A DNA stretch of 35,084 nt from Tubiluchus corallicola (Eukaryota; Animalia; Priapulida), in assembly GCA_030141605.1 (NCBI GenBank), contig JAQGDQ010001548.1, forward strand, positions 1-35,084, written 5' to 3'. The notes below the pieces were generated by a model. That model searched no databases. It worked only from the letters and a program-made list of their open reading frames with translations, and was not told the origin of the DNA. The stretch's first letter is position 1; every line of letters begins with the position of its first letter. Below are positions 1-11,140 of the stretch, in pieces. A program made the position numbers and the translations under genes.

Positions 1-286
1 AGTCATACTGTAACGCTTCTACTGTTTGTGTCGTGAAGTTTGGGCTTCACGATTCACCCGCCGTAAAGAAGCCATTGTGAATTAATCTACGTGTAACTGT
101 AGGAACTGGTTCGAGAAGTTAATCTAGTAAAAAGACCGGGGAGTTGTTGAGTTGATATGAAACAGAAAACATGTATATTGCGCTTTCGAAAAAGGAATAA
201 ATTTAGCGTTATGGCACAAGGAAAAGTTCTCGTTTTTGTTTTACTGTCGTCGCAAAAGTCACCACGACAATTTGTCTATTGTACTA

Positions 287-736
287 CCGTATATACTCGC
301 ATATAAGCCTACATCGCATATAAGCCGACCCCCTAAAACTGCTTTAAAATGGCCAGTTTTTGCAAAAACCCGTATATAAGCCGACCATCAACTTGTCTAA
401 TTTTACTCCATACCCAATCAACAAAATTGATCCCTTTTTATCACATATATTTATACATTTTTAATATTTTTTATCTAATGAATACAAAAAGCAGACATTT
501 ATTGAAATGTGAATTTTTTCTAAAAAAAAGTGGGTGGACGGCGATCCCCCTCCAATACACCACTGGTGACACACAACCAAATAAAGAGTCAGATAGCGAT
601 GAAAATGTGTGGCTGGAAAATTGGCATTAGTGTCTGTCCTTGTGTTCATTTTGTTTCATGCGCATATAAGTCGACCCCCTGATTTCAGTATTGTATTTTA
701 TAGTTCTAAATTCGGCTTATATGCGAGTATATACGG
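287..736. mobile_element. Tc2/pogo-like (Tc1/mariner superfamily) MITE, family A copy 1
   Basis: TIRs CCGTATATACTCGCATATAAGCC, TA on both sides; inverted sister copy at 22671-23098. Confidence 0.9.
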
Positions 737-889
737 TAAGTGTTACATTCCATTAGCAAGAACGTCTACCAGTTGTAAAACTGTCTGTTCACGTGATATT
801 GCAATGTTTGTTATTCAATAAAACTATGTATAAACTAAACTAATGAATGTTTGTAAATTACAAAACAAACAAATAAACAAACGACAAAC

Positions 890-948
890 CTGAATTCGAA
901 ACCAGTCAAGTCGGAAGCCCCTCAAATCAAACAAATCTCCTTCCTCAA
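890..948 (-). CDS. NCKAP1: NCKAP1 coding exon 15 (gene continues beyond position 1)
   Basis: tttcag|(V)EEGDLFDLRGFRLDWFRIQ|gtttgt; 59 nt; RLDWFR motif. Confidence 0.95.
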
Positions 949-1006
949 CTGAAAATGAAGATCAAATTAAAGTTTGATAAAACAAGAAAAAATCAAGATA
1001 ACTTTA

Positions 1007-2517
1007 ACGTACTAGCGATTCAATCCTATATACAATGACATGTTTAAGATACGTTACTAGCGACCACAATTCAATCCTCTATACAATGACATGTTTAAGA
1101 TGCGTTACTAGCAATCACAATTCAATCCTGTACACAATGATATGTTTAAAATACGTTACTAATGATCACAATTCAATCCTGTATACAATGATATGTTTAA
1201 GAGACGTTACTAGCAATCACAATTCAATCCTGTACACAATGATATGTTTAAAATACGATACTAGCGATCACAATTCAATCCTGTATACAATGATATGTTT
1301 AAGGTACGTTACTAGCGATCACAATTCAATCCTGCATACAATGATATGTTTAAGATACGTTACTAGCGATCACAATTCAATCCTGTATACAATGACATGT
1401 TTAAGATACGTTACTAGCGATCACAATTCAATCCTGCATACAATGATATGTTTAAGGTACGATACTAGCGATCACAATTCAATCCTGCATACAATGATAT
1501 GTTTAAGATACGATACTAGCAATCACAATTCAATCCTGTATACAATGATATGTTTAAAATACGTTACTAGCGATCACAATTCAATCCTGTATACAATGAC
1601 ATGTTTAAGATACGTTACTAGCGATCACAATTCAATCCTGTATACAATGATATGTTTAAAACACGTTACTAGCAATCACAATTCAATCCTGTACACAATG
1701 ATATGTTTAAGGTACGTTACTAGCAATCACAATTCAATCCTGTATACAATGATATGTTTAAAATACGTTACTAGCAATCACAATTCAATCCTGTACACAA
1801 TGATATGTTTAAGGTACGTTACTAGCAATCACAATTCAATCCTGTATACAATGACATGTTTAAGATACGTTACTAGCAATCACAATTCAATCCTGTACAC
1901 AATGACATGTTTAAAACACGTTACTAGCGATCACAATTCAATCCTGTACACAATGATATGTTTAAAATACGTTACTAGCAATCACAATTCAATCCTGTAC
2001 ACAATGATATGTTTAAAATACGTTACTAGCAATCACAATTCAATCCTGTATACAATGATATGTTTAAAATACGTTACTAGCAATCACAATTCAATCCTGT
2101 ACACAATGATATGTTTAAAATACGTTACTAGCAATCACAATTCAATCCTGTATACAATGACATGTTTAAACTACGTTACTAGCAATCAAAATTCAATCCT
2201 GTACATAATAATATGTTTAAAATACGTTACTAACAATCACAATTCAATCCTGTATACAATGACATGTTTAAGATACGTTACTAGCGATCACAATTCAATC
2301 CTGTATACAATGATATGTTTAAAACACGATACTAGCGACCACAATTCATGATATGTTTAAGATACGTTACTAGCGACCACAATTCAATCCTGTACACAAT
2401 GACATGTTTAAGATACGTTACTAGCGATCACAATTCAATCCTGTATACAATGTTATGTTTAAAACACGATACTAGCGACCACAATTCAGTCCTGCACACA
2501 ATGATATGTTTAAAACA
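1007..2517. repeat. Minisatellite, 51-bp unit, about 29 copies (intron 14)
   Basis: Unit TACGTTACTAGCGATCACAATTCAATCCTGTATACAATGATATGTTTAAGA; one partly deleted unit near 2347. Confidence 0.97.
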
Positions 2518-2625
2518 TTATACATTTCTATCTTAAGAACAGGAATAAAATGCAGGCAAGATTGCAACACAGAAAATTTCAGAAATACTGACGTTACAAA
2601 GGACTATAATAAGAGCAAATGATAC

Positions 2626-2707
2626 CTTGTTTTATGTCCAACTCAATCATCGTGTTATAAAATGATGAAAGTATAACTGATTCTTCTTCCGGTACATGAG
2701 GCAATCG
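2626..2707 (-). CDS. NCKAP1: NCKAP1 coding exon 14
   Basis: ttttag|RLPHVPEEESVILSSFYNTMIELDIKQ+1 nt|gtatca; 82 nt. Confidence 0.93.
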
Positions 2708-2777
2708 CTAAAATAAACGACGTGTGTGTAAAACAATAAAATTAATATAAAACTGAATCAAATTATCATATTTAATA

Positions 2778-3154
2778 AGCCTTTTCACAGTTCCAGCGAT
2801 TAATGATGATCGTGAAAAGGTCAAATGTTCAGTGTCCAGATAACACATTTGTATACACTTGACAATGCCTCACAGCCCAAACTATTATAACATTAACAGT
2901 TAACACCTAGTTAGAACTTTACCTAGTTCATTTTTTCTTGTTCCCAAGCAAGATCCTGCTAGTAAATCACACTACGCACAGACTAATGCATAATTATTTA
3001 AGCCCACGTAAAACAACGAAAGTTACTGAACTCACATGGCAGACGACTTTGCTTTACAAGTCACATGTCACGTGACAGTTATAGTTAAGACGCGTTGCTG
3101 TAGAAAACGTAACCGTAGAACTGTGCATGTGCACAACGAAACCGTGAAAAGGTT
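2778..3154. mobile_element. TIR element, family B copy 1 (superfamily uncertain)
   Basis: AGCCTTTTCACAGTT...AACCGTGAAAAGGTT; colinear with 10468-10825. Confidence 0.75.
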
Positions 3155-3351
3155 TATTATAGCAGACAATTATTTTAACTCTTTACCTCAAACGTTCCTA
3201 CTAAACAGCATCAGCTGAAAGGTATGTGAAGTCTATAATTGTGTGTTGAAGAGTTTGAGTAAAGCAAATGATAGACATAAGTGAACACTGTGGGACAACA
3301 CGGAAACACTAGTGTATTTTTTTATAATGAATGGTTTCATCCAGGTAAGTA

Positions 3352-3460
3352 CAATAAGTCTGCGCTTAACGACTCCCGGCTTAGTGACGTTTCGTTTTAA
3401 CGACGCTTAATATTTGACGCTTGCTCCGCACTTAACGACGCACATTTCACTTTAATGATG
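3352..3460. mobile_element. Tigger-like MITE left-end fragment
   Basis: TA-CAATAAGTCTGCGCTTAACGAC followed by repeated TTAACGACG; no right end found. Confidence 0.4.
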
Positions 3461-3793
3461 ATTTTTTTACTTTGCCTAAAGTCATTTTTTATTTGATCAA
3501 CCAAATTTCATCATATTTCAAGCATTAAAACGGTACATACTGCATTATTCGATTTTAAAAACGCACTCGTAGTGTAAAACATACAATTATTTATATGTTG
3601 TTGCTTTCAGATTGACTAACTGACTGTGAAATGCGAGTCGTTTGTTTAAGTCTCCCAGTTACGGCATGATTTTCAAGTGAATGGCAGTAACCGCCACCAC
3701 CTGGGAACTTCTATTCAGAGGTGATATATTTTATATTTATGCTTTATAAGCAGTTCTTTGCAAATTTGTTTGTTATATTTTTCGAAGTTTAAA

Positions 3794-4418
3794 TGATAAC
3801 AGTAAAGTAACTCCAACATACTGAATGACTTGTCCTTTCCTTTAGCACACCACAAACAGTTTAAGTGATAACAATAAAAAAACCCAACATGCTGAGTAAC
3901 TCGTTCTTTCGTTTAGCACACCACAAACAGTTTACGTGATAACAATAAAACAAACCCAACATGCTGAGTGACTCGTTCTTTCCTTTAGCATACCACGAAC
4001 AGTTTACGTGATAACAGTAAAATAAACCCAACATGCAGAGTGACTCGTTCTTTCCTTTAGCACACCACAAACAGTTTAAGTGATAACAGTAAAATAAACC
4101 CACCATACTGAGTGACTTGTCCTTTCCTTTAGCACACCACAAACAGTTTAAGTGATAACAGTAAAATAAACCCACCATACTGAGTGACTTGTCCTTTCCT
4201 TTAGCACACCACAAACAGTTTAAGTGATAACAGTAAAGTAAACCCACCATACTGAGTGACTTGTCCTTTCCTTTAGCACACCACAAACAGTTTAAGTGAT
4301 AACAGTAAAATAAACCCACCATACTGAGTGACTTGTCCTTTCCTTTAGCACACCAAAACAGTTTAAGTTATAACAGTAAAATAAACACAATATACTGAAT
4401 GACTTGTTCTTTACTTTA
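3794..4418. repeat. Minisatellite, 72-bp unit, about 8.5 copies (intron 13)
   Basis: Unit AACAGTAAAATAAACCCACCATACTGAGTGACTTGTCCTTTCCTTTAGCACACCACAAACAGTTTAAGTGAT. Confidence 0.95.
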
Positions 4419-4433
4419 ATACGTAAAACTAAC

Positions 4434-4525
4434 CTGTATCAACTCATTCAACACAACTGCATCATAACCAGACAAATACTGTACATAGTATCTTTGTAGC
4501 ACCTGATTGTATTTCTTTATCAAAG
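4434..4525 (-). CDS. NCKAP1: NCKAP1 coding exon 13
   Basis: ttccag|(A)[30 protein letters not shown]|gttagt; 92 nt. Confidence 0.95.
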
Positions 4526-4744
4526 CTGGAAAATAAACATTGCCAATTAATGTAAAGATTTCATTAATAAAAAAATCTGCTACAATGTTTATTCACGCAA
4601 AAAAACAATCATTTTTTGGGAAAGAAAAATATAATGCAACCATTTTTGGGAATCCAATTTGTTGATGTAAATATTCTTAATTGTATTAATCATTTTGTCA
4701 GAATTCTGTGTTATATGAACACAAATGAAACTTGAACAACTAAC

Positions 4745-4785
4745 CTCTTAGTTCCTCCATTCCAAACAATAATTCTGGAAGAGCT
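4745..4785 (-). CDS. NCKAP1: NCKAP1 coding exon 12
   Basis: cttcag|(R)ALPELLFGMEELR+1 nt|gttagt; 41 nt; aligns to IAELIFYMEELR. Confidence 0.9.
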
Positions 4786-5130
4786 CTGAAGAAACAAAAT
4801 AACAAGTTAAACTTGTTTCTGACTTGTTCTTAACAATTATAGCAACAAAAAAAATCAAAATATTTATTTATAAAAAAAGAATAGAAAAAAGCAAGTAAAC
4901 ATGATCCTTGTAAATATTGAATAAAGTAAAGCATTATATTCTTAACTATCAAAATAAATGAAAAATAAACTCAGGCGTTGCCATAATTAACACTAAGCTA
5001 ATTAACAGTGAACTAATCCACGCAATAGCACTCTGTTTAGCAGACTTTTAAGATGGGTTATGTTGATCAAGAAGCAAAATTTGTGAACATTTGCTTTGTG
5101 AAACTTCCAACTGTGTACAAATTTGGTTAA

Positions 5131-5585
5131 CCCTTTCATACCCGTTGTATCCCGTGGGATACGAGAATATTTTCTGCCTTTAAAATTAATAAAATTTTAA
5201 AACTGACAGTTATTTGATCTCTTAATAGTCATTTTGATTTAAGCCAATAACAATAGACTAAAAATGGTGATAAAATGGCAAACTAGAAAATCTACATAGC
5301 ATAAAAAACAAGGTACAGTACTTTAGAGACGACTTTGTACAGATCAGCATAGCATGCATACTAAATGTCTTAAATACTTTAAATAATTATCAGCAGTTGC
5401 AAAATGAAGCACATTTTATGCTTCCATTGAATCCCAATGTATCCCGTGGGATACAGGCTATATTTAGCACGTGGGCACAGGTAGAAAATAAAAATTATTA
5501 TGTGTAAACAAGATGGACATACTGAATAAAAGTACCAAGCCAAAAAATTTTTGCTTATTAAAAAAATAATTTGGGACTGAAAGGG
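5131..5585. mobile_element. piggyBac-like MITE
   Basis: TTAA on both sides; TIR CCCTTTCA(TA/GT)CCC; internal hairpin GTATCCCGTGGGATAC at 5147 and 5439. Confidence 0.82.
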
Positions 5586-5751
5586 TTAATACAGATCTGA
5601 ATGACACTTACTGTAGCGCTTAACAGTAGCTTTTCTGCAGAGAAACAAAACTGTCATGATTGCCTAGCAGCTAGTTCATATCTAAGTCGGTTTGTACAAG
5701 CAGGTCAAATACTGCAGTTGCGCTACGCCATCTACAATACCTTGACACCCA

Positions 5752-6389
5752 CAGGTGCAGCAAGGTGGGGGCAACAAGGGCGAATCACCCCCGGACGCAA
5801 GGGTGAGAGGGAGCAAAAGTTTTCTAGAGCTCAAGAAACTGTTCTTTGTTAATTACTAATCCGAGTTTGTTAGTTAGTTAGTTTTAAACAGTGTTAATTT
5901 TCAAACTATGCTTCGTCAGAGATCATCGTAGCTAACCTAATTACTACATACAGTCTAGAAAAAAGACTAATGTTGTTACTCAACGGTGTGTGTAGGGTGA
6001 CCAGTGGCTTAGCAGATTGATAATTTTGGGAAAAACAGTGACGTTTCTCTAAATGCTGATTGTACTATTATGAAAACCTGTAGTGTTCTGTATCTTTCAT
6101 AATCTTTGCATGTTTTAATGCTGAAGCTGAATGTTTAACGACTGTCATGTTATGAGCAACTAACGTATAGAAAAGAGTTACTCTGCTGCAGTACCACAAA
6201 TCAAACTCAGGGTGATTCTTAGGAAAAATTCGCTGATCTTTATCCCATCATGCCGATAAAGGAAAGTGGGGTTCAGCATTAAATGTGTGGCTTTACGCAG
6301 AAAACAAATGATCAAAACATTAAAAGGGTAGGGGGCCAGCAGTTTTTTTGCCCCACCCCCCAGCACCACTAATAATTGCTACGCCACTG
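5752..6389. mobile_element. Degenerate hAT-like MITE
   Basis: Right end GCTACGCCACTG; left end CAGGTGCAGCAAGG is a weak match; G/C-run subterminal regions. Confidence 0.4.
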
Positions 6390-6500
6390 TTGAGACTATA
6401 GAATTTAATTTGCACAATTGATTACAGACGCCCCCGGTTTGATTACAGATGCCCCCGGTTTGATTACGGCAGCACTCATTTAGAGATAATACGAACACAC

Positions 6501-6622
6501 CTGTCAACAAATTCGTCAGGACTTCTGTTCTTCTGAGTACGAGGAATCACATGGTGTTGGTGACGCAGCACCCACTGCACCTCATCTCTCGCGAATGACA
6601 AAGCCATGAATACAAACAATGC
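6501..6622 (-). CDS. NCKAP1: NCKAP1 coding exon 11
   Basis: tttcag|ALFVFMALSFARDEVQWVLRHQHHVIPRTQKNRSPDEFVD+2 nt|gtgtgt; 122 nt. Confidence 0.93.
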
Positions 6623-6789
6623 CTGAAATATTGTATCACATTAAAGAGTAATAAACTAATGAATAATGTATTACTGATGGCAATGATGTTCTAACATAAG
6701 AAAACTGTATACAGCAAGAAAAAGTGTCAAAACTGTAATAAAAATTCTCTTGCTTATGGGAAAAAGAACAAAGCCACTGACAGAATGGC

Positions 6790-7922
6790 AAATGGCTGCA
6801 TGGAAAAGGAACCAGGAAAGAAATGGGTGCATGGAAAAGGAACCAGGAAAGAAATGGGTGCATGGAAAAGGAACCAGGAAAGAAATGGGTGCATGTGAAA
6901 GGAACCGGGAAAGAAATGGGTGCATGGAAAAGGAACCAGGGAAGGAATGGGTGCATGTGAAAGGAACCGGGAAAGAAATGGCTGCATGGAAAAGGAACCA
7001 GGAAAGAAATGGGTGCATGGAAAAGGAACCAGGAAAGAAATGGGTGCATGGAAAAGGAACCAGGAAAGAAATGGGTGCATGGAAAAGGAACCAGGAAAGA
7101 AATGGGTGCATGTGAAAGGAACTAGGAAAGAAATGGGTGCATGGAAAAGGAACTAGGAAAGAAATGGCTGCATGGAAAAGGAACCAGGAAAGAAATGGGT
7201 GCATGGAAAAGGAACCAGGAAAGAAATGGGTGCATGGAAAAGGAACCAGGAAAGAAATGGGTGCATGGAAAAGGAACCAGGAAAGAAATGGGTGCATGGA
7301 AAAGGAACCAGGAAAGAAATGGGTGCATGGAAAAGGAACTAGGAAAGAAATGGCTGCATGGAAAAGGAACCAGGAAAGAAATGGGTGCATGGAAAAGGAA
7401 CCAGGAAAGAAATGGGTGCATGGAAAAGGAACTAGGAAAGAAATGGGTGCATGGAAAAGGAACCAGGAAAGAAATGGGTGCATGGAAAAGAAACCAGGAA
7501 AGAAATGGGTGCATGGAAAAGGAACCAGGAAAGAAATGGGTGCATGGAAAAGGAACCAGGGAAGGAATGGGTGCACGGAAAAGGAACCAGGAAAGAAATG
7601 GGTGCATGGAAAAGGAACCAGGAAAGAAATGGGTGCATGGAAAAGGAACTAGGAAAGAAATGGGTGCATGGAAAAGGAACCAGGAAAGAAATGGGTGCAT
7701 GGAAAAGGAACCAGGAAAGAAATGGGTGCATGTGAAAGGAACCAGGAAAGAAATGGGTGCATGGAAAAGGAACTGGGAAAGAAATGGGTGCATGGAAAAG
7801 GAACCAGGAAAGAAATGGGTGAATGGAAAAGGAACCGGGAAAGAAATGGCTGCATGGAAAAGGAACCGGGAAAGAAATGGGTGCATGGAAAAGGAACCAG
7901 AAAAAAATGGGTGCATGGAAAA
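6790..7922. repeat. Minisatellite, 31-bp unit, about 36 copies (intron 10)
   Basis: Unit GGAAAAGGAACCAGGAAAGAAATGGGTGCAT. Confidence 0.97.
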
Positions 7923-8258
7923 ATCAAAAATATTAAAAGTTTCATTTTAAGGACTCTTTCTGACCGTGGGAACCCTGAGTAGCACACCGGGTACCACCAA
8001 CCCTAGTGACGCCCCCGACAATTAATGTAATTAAGATGATCTAAACTGATTAAAACTTGTGACAGAGCAAAACTAACGAGTCGATTTATTCATTCCCATG
8101 TTAAAAAAGCAAAAAACAGTTTTAATAATCTGCCTCCAGATACAAAAACATGTAGTTGACCAGAAAGGACAAAACAATTTAATTACACGAGTACAATCAC
8201 TTCTGTTAACTCTTTACTTCTGAGATGAAACTAATGATGAAACAAACAATAAACAAAC

Positions 8259-8355
8259 TTTTGGTCCCAGCAATCCTGGCTGATCTGTCAAAATCATTGA
8301 CAGCTCCTTTAATGACGTCCGTAAGAATTTTCTGCGATCTCTGTGGGTATTTGCC
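8259..8355 (-). CDS. NCKAP1: NCKAP1 coding exon 10
   Basis: atacag|(A)ANTHRDRRKFLRTSLKELSMILTDQPGLLGPK|gtttgt; 97 nt. Confidence 0.95.
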
Positions 8356-8433
8356 CTGTATAATAAACACAAAAACAATTCACAAATATAGAGGATAGTA
8401 ATAAGTAATAACTCCATGTTTTTGTAAGTATAT

Positions 8434-8698
8434 ATGACGATGATGATGATGACAATGACGATGATGAGGAGGACAATGACGACGATGATGACGATCACAA
8501 TGACGACGACGATGATGATGAGGACAATGATGATGATGATGAAAATGATGATGACAACGATGGACGACGATGAGGACGATCACAATAACAACGACAATGA
8601 TGATGATGATGATAATGATGATGATGAAAATGACGATGATGAGGAGGACAATGACGACGACGATGATAACAATGACAAAGACGATGACAATAATGATA
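8434..8698. repeat. Degenerate (GAT/GAC/AAT)n trinucleotide microsatellite (intron 9)
   Basis: Run of GAT/GAC/GAG/AAT triplets. Confidence 0.92.
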
Positions 8699-9419
8699 CA
8701 GCAAACTATGTATAACTCAAAGACTTCCGGACCAATGTTTGTAAGAAAACTAGGTTGCTCATCTATGTGGAACAATACACTAGTAACACTACAGCCTGTG
8801 AAAATGTCTTACTGAGTCTTTAATCAAATATCAAATAGCAATTTTTATGAATAATCAAAAATAAAATGACTGATCCACCTCTATTGTAGTCTGAGTAGCA
8901 CGGTTAATAGAATTCGGCAGTAATAATATTGTGATCTATATTGTATAATGTTGTGATTTATATTGTGATAATATCGTAAACCGCATTTGTTAAGCCATAT
9001 GTCGTGTGCAGCGGTTTGTGGTGCACACTTTTGCTCGCAATTTCCCACACAGGAAGTTGTTCGAGATACGTGGAATAATTTCAGCCAGATTCTTAAGAAT
9101 GGTCCCGGAAATTCGGTTCAAGTTAAGCGATAATTCAAGCTACACGATGTTTGTTAAAGGGAAAAACGAAAGGAAAAATCCGTTCCAAGAGATCTGTTCA
9201 GAAATGCAAGAATTCAAGTTATAACAGCTATTTGCAGTTTACTTTAGTAATAAAGATAGTCTAGTTTACTTTAGTAATAAAGATAATCAAGAAAAACTTT
9301 AATTTTACTGCCCAGCTAAACAAGAAAAGTTTGAAGTGATACAATGTCTGTTTAATAGTGAGGATTTGATATCCAGTCAATTTTATGTAAAAAGTTTGTA
9401 ATATTTAGGACGAAGGCAA

Positions 9420-10405
9420 CAAACATTAGCATGTTTAATTAGGTGAACAATGCTTGTGTACTTACGCACTCTGCTGTGCGGCTTGCAAACATTAGCATGT
9501 TTAATTAGGTGAACAATGCTTGTGTACTTACGCACTCTGCTGTGCGGCTTGCAAACATTAGCATGTTTAATTAGGTGAACAATGCTTGTGTACTTACGCA
9601 CTCTGCTGTGCGGCTTGCAAACATTAGCATGTTTAATTAGGTGAACAATGCTTGTGTACTTACGCACTCTGCTGTGCGGCTTGCAAACATTAGCATGTTT
9701 AATTAGGTGAACAATGCTTGTGTACTTATGCACTTTGCTGGGCGGCTTGCAAACATTAGCATGCTTAATTAGGTAAACAATGCTTGTGTACTTACGCACT
9801 CTGCTGTGCGGCCTGTAGACATTAGCATGTTTAATTAGGTGAACAATGCTTGTGTACTTACGCACTCTGCTGTGCGGCCTGCAAACATTAGCATGTTTAA
9901 TTAGGTGAACAATGCTTGTGTACTTACGCACTCTGCTGTGCGGCTTGCAAACTTTAGCATGTTTAATTAGATGAACAATGCTTGTGTACTTACGCACTCT
10001 GCTGTGCGGCTTGCAAACATTAGCATGTTTAATTAGGTGAACAATGCTTGTGTACTTAGCACTCTGCTGTGCGGCTTGAACATTAGCATGTTTAATTAGA
10101 TGAACAATGCTTGTGTACTTACGCACTCTGCTGTGCGGCTTGCAAACTTTAGCATGTTTAATTAGATGAACAATGCTTGTGTACTTATGCACTTTGCTGT
10201 GCGGCTTGCAAACATTAGCATGTTAATTAGTAACAATGCTTGTGTACTTACGCACTCTGCTGTGCGGCTGAACATTAGCATGTTTAATTAGTGAACAATG
10301 CTTGTGTACTTAGCACTTGCTGTGCGGCCTGCAAACATTAGCATGTTTAATTAGGTGAACAATGCTTGTGTACTTACGCACTCTGCTGTGCGGCTTGCAG
10401 ACATT
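9420..10405. repeat. Minisatellite, 66-bp unit, 15 copies, derived from the exon 9/intron 9 junction
   Basis: Unit AAACATTAGCATGTTTAATTAGGTGAACAATGCTTGTGTACTTACGCACTCTGCTGTGCGGCTTGC; last copy runs into exon 9. Confidence 0.96.
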
Positions 10406-10434
10406 CTCTCACTTCACTCACTCGTTTACCCATC
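10378..10434 (-). CDS. NCKAP1: NCKAP1 coding exon 9 (3' half overlaps the 66-bp array)
   Basis: ttgcag|(G)MGKRVSEVRECLQAAQQS+2 nt|gtaagt; 57 nt, phase 2/2, joins exons 8 and 10 in frame; aligns to recalled human [20 protein letters not shown]. Confidence 0.88.
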
Positions 10435-10467
10435 CTGCAAGATAAAACACGTTTGTTTTCGGTGATG

Positions 10468-10825
10468 AGCCCTTTCATAGTTTCACAGCGATTGATGATG
10501 ATCGTGAAAAGGTCAAAGGTTAAGTGTACACTTGACAATGCCTCATAGCCCATGCTATTGTAATACTAACAGTTTTAACAGCTAGCTAGAACCTTACCTA
10601 GTTCATATTTCTCATTCTCAAGCAAGATCTTACTAGTAAATCACTCTGTGCACAGACTAATGCATAATTAAGTAAAGTCCACGTAAAACAACTGAAGTTA
10701 CTGATTTGATGTGGCAGAGGGCTTTGCTTTACCCACATATCACGCTGCGGCTGTAGTTAAGGCACATTGCTGTGGTGCACTTAACCTTTGACCTACAGTG
10801 CGCACAAAGAAACTGTGAAAAGGCT
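10468..10825. mobile_element. TIR element, family B copy 2
   Basis: AGCCCTTTCATAGTT...AACTGTGAAAAGGCT; shares GATGATCGTGAAAAGGTCAAA, TTACCTAGTTCAT, CACAGACTAATGCATAATT with copy 1. Confidence 0.75.
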
Positions 10826-11140
10826 TCTCAATTCACAACGTATAAATGTACAATGTGGACGAGCTACGCTGGACTTATCTTCATACTAATTTCAAGTTTG
10901 AAATGAATAAGTTCAAAAAGTTTGTTAAGGAAATGTGTCCTGACATTTTACATATAATTAAATCAATACGTTTTACAATGTCTTCCTGCCAGTTTATACA
11001 TTTTAAATGTTGCAGTAATTAAACATTTTAGGTAAAATAACAGAAGGCCTTAAAATGAAAACTTTGTTTCCCAAAACAAAACTGTCTGTATGCAGCGTGT
11101 TGAAGCATTTGTGTTTGTGAATTGAAAATTTATAAACATT

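Noticed and set aside
1035-2536. 438-aa and 62-aa ORFs of 17-aa repeats
   Set aside because: Product of a 51-bp unit with one stop-free frame; antisense within an intron, broken by a deletion near 2347, no unique flanking domain or splice support.
6636-7987. Many overlapping ORFs on both strands
   Set aside because: The 31-bp unit lacks stops, so all frames open; stops appear only at CTAG and TGTGA variants.
7968-8017. hAT-like end CCTAGTGACGCCCCCG beside the 31-bp array
   Set aside because: No matching opposite end or TSD found, so I cannot show the array lies inside a transposon.
8380-8815. Poly-Asp, poly-His, poly-Met and poly-Ile ORFs
   Set aside because: Translations of an intronic trinucleotide microsatellite.
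9383-10192. 269-aa minus-strand repeat ORF as an NCKAP1 extension
   Set aside because: It is not the exon 9 reading frame; the exon frame stops at GCG TAA in the first donor.
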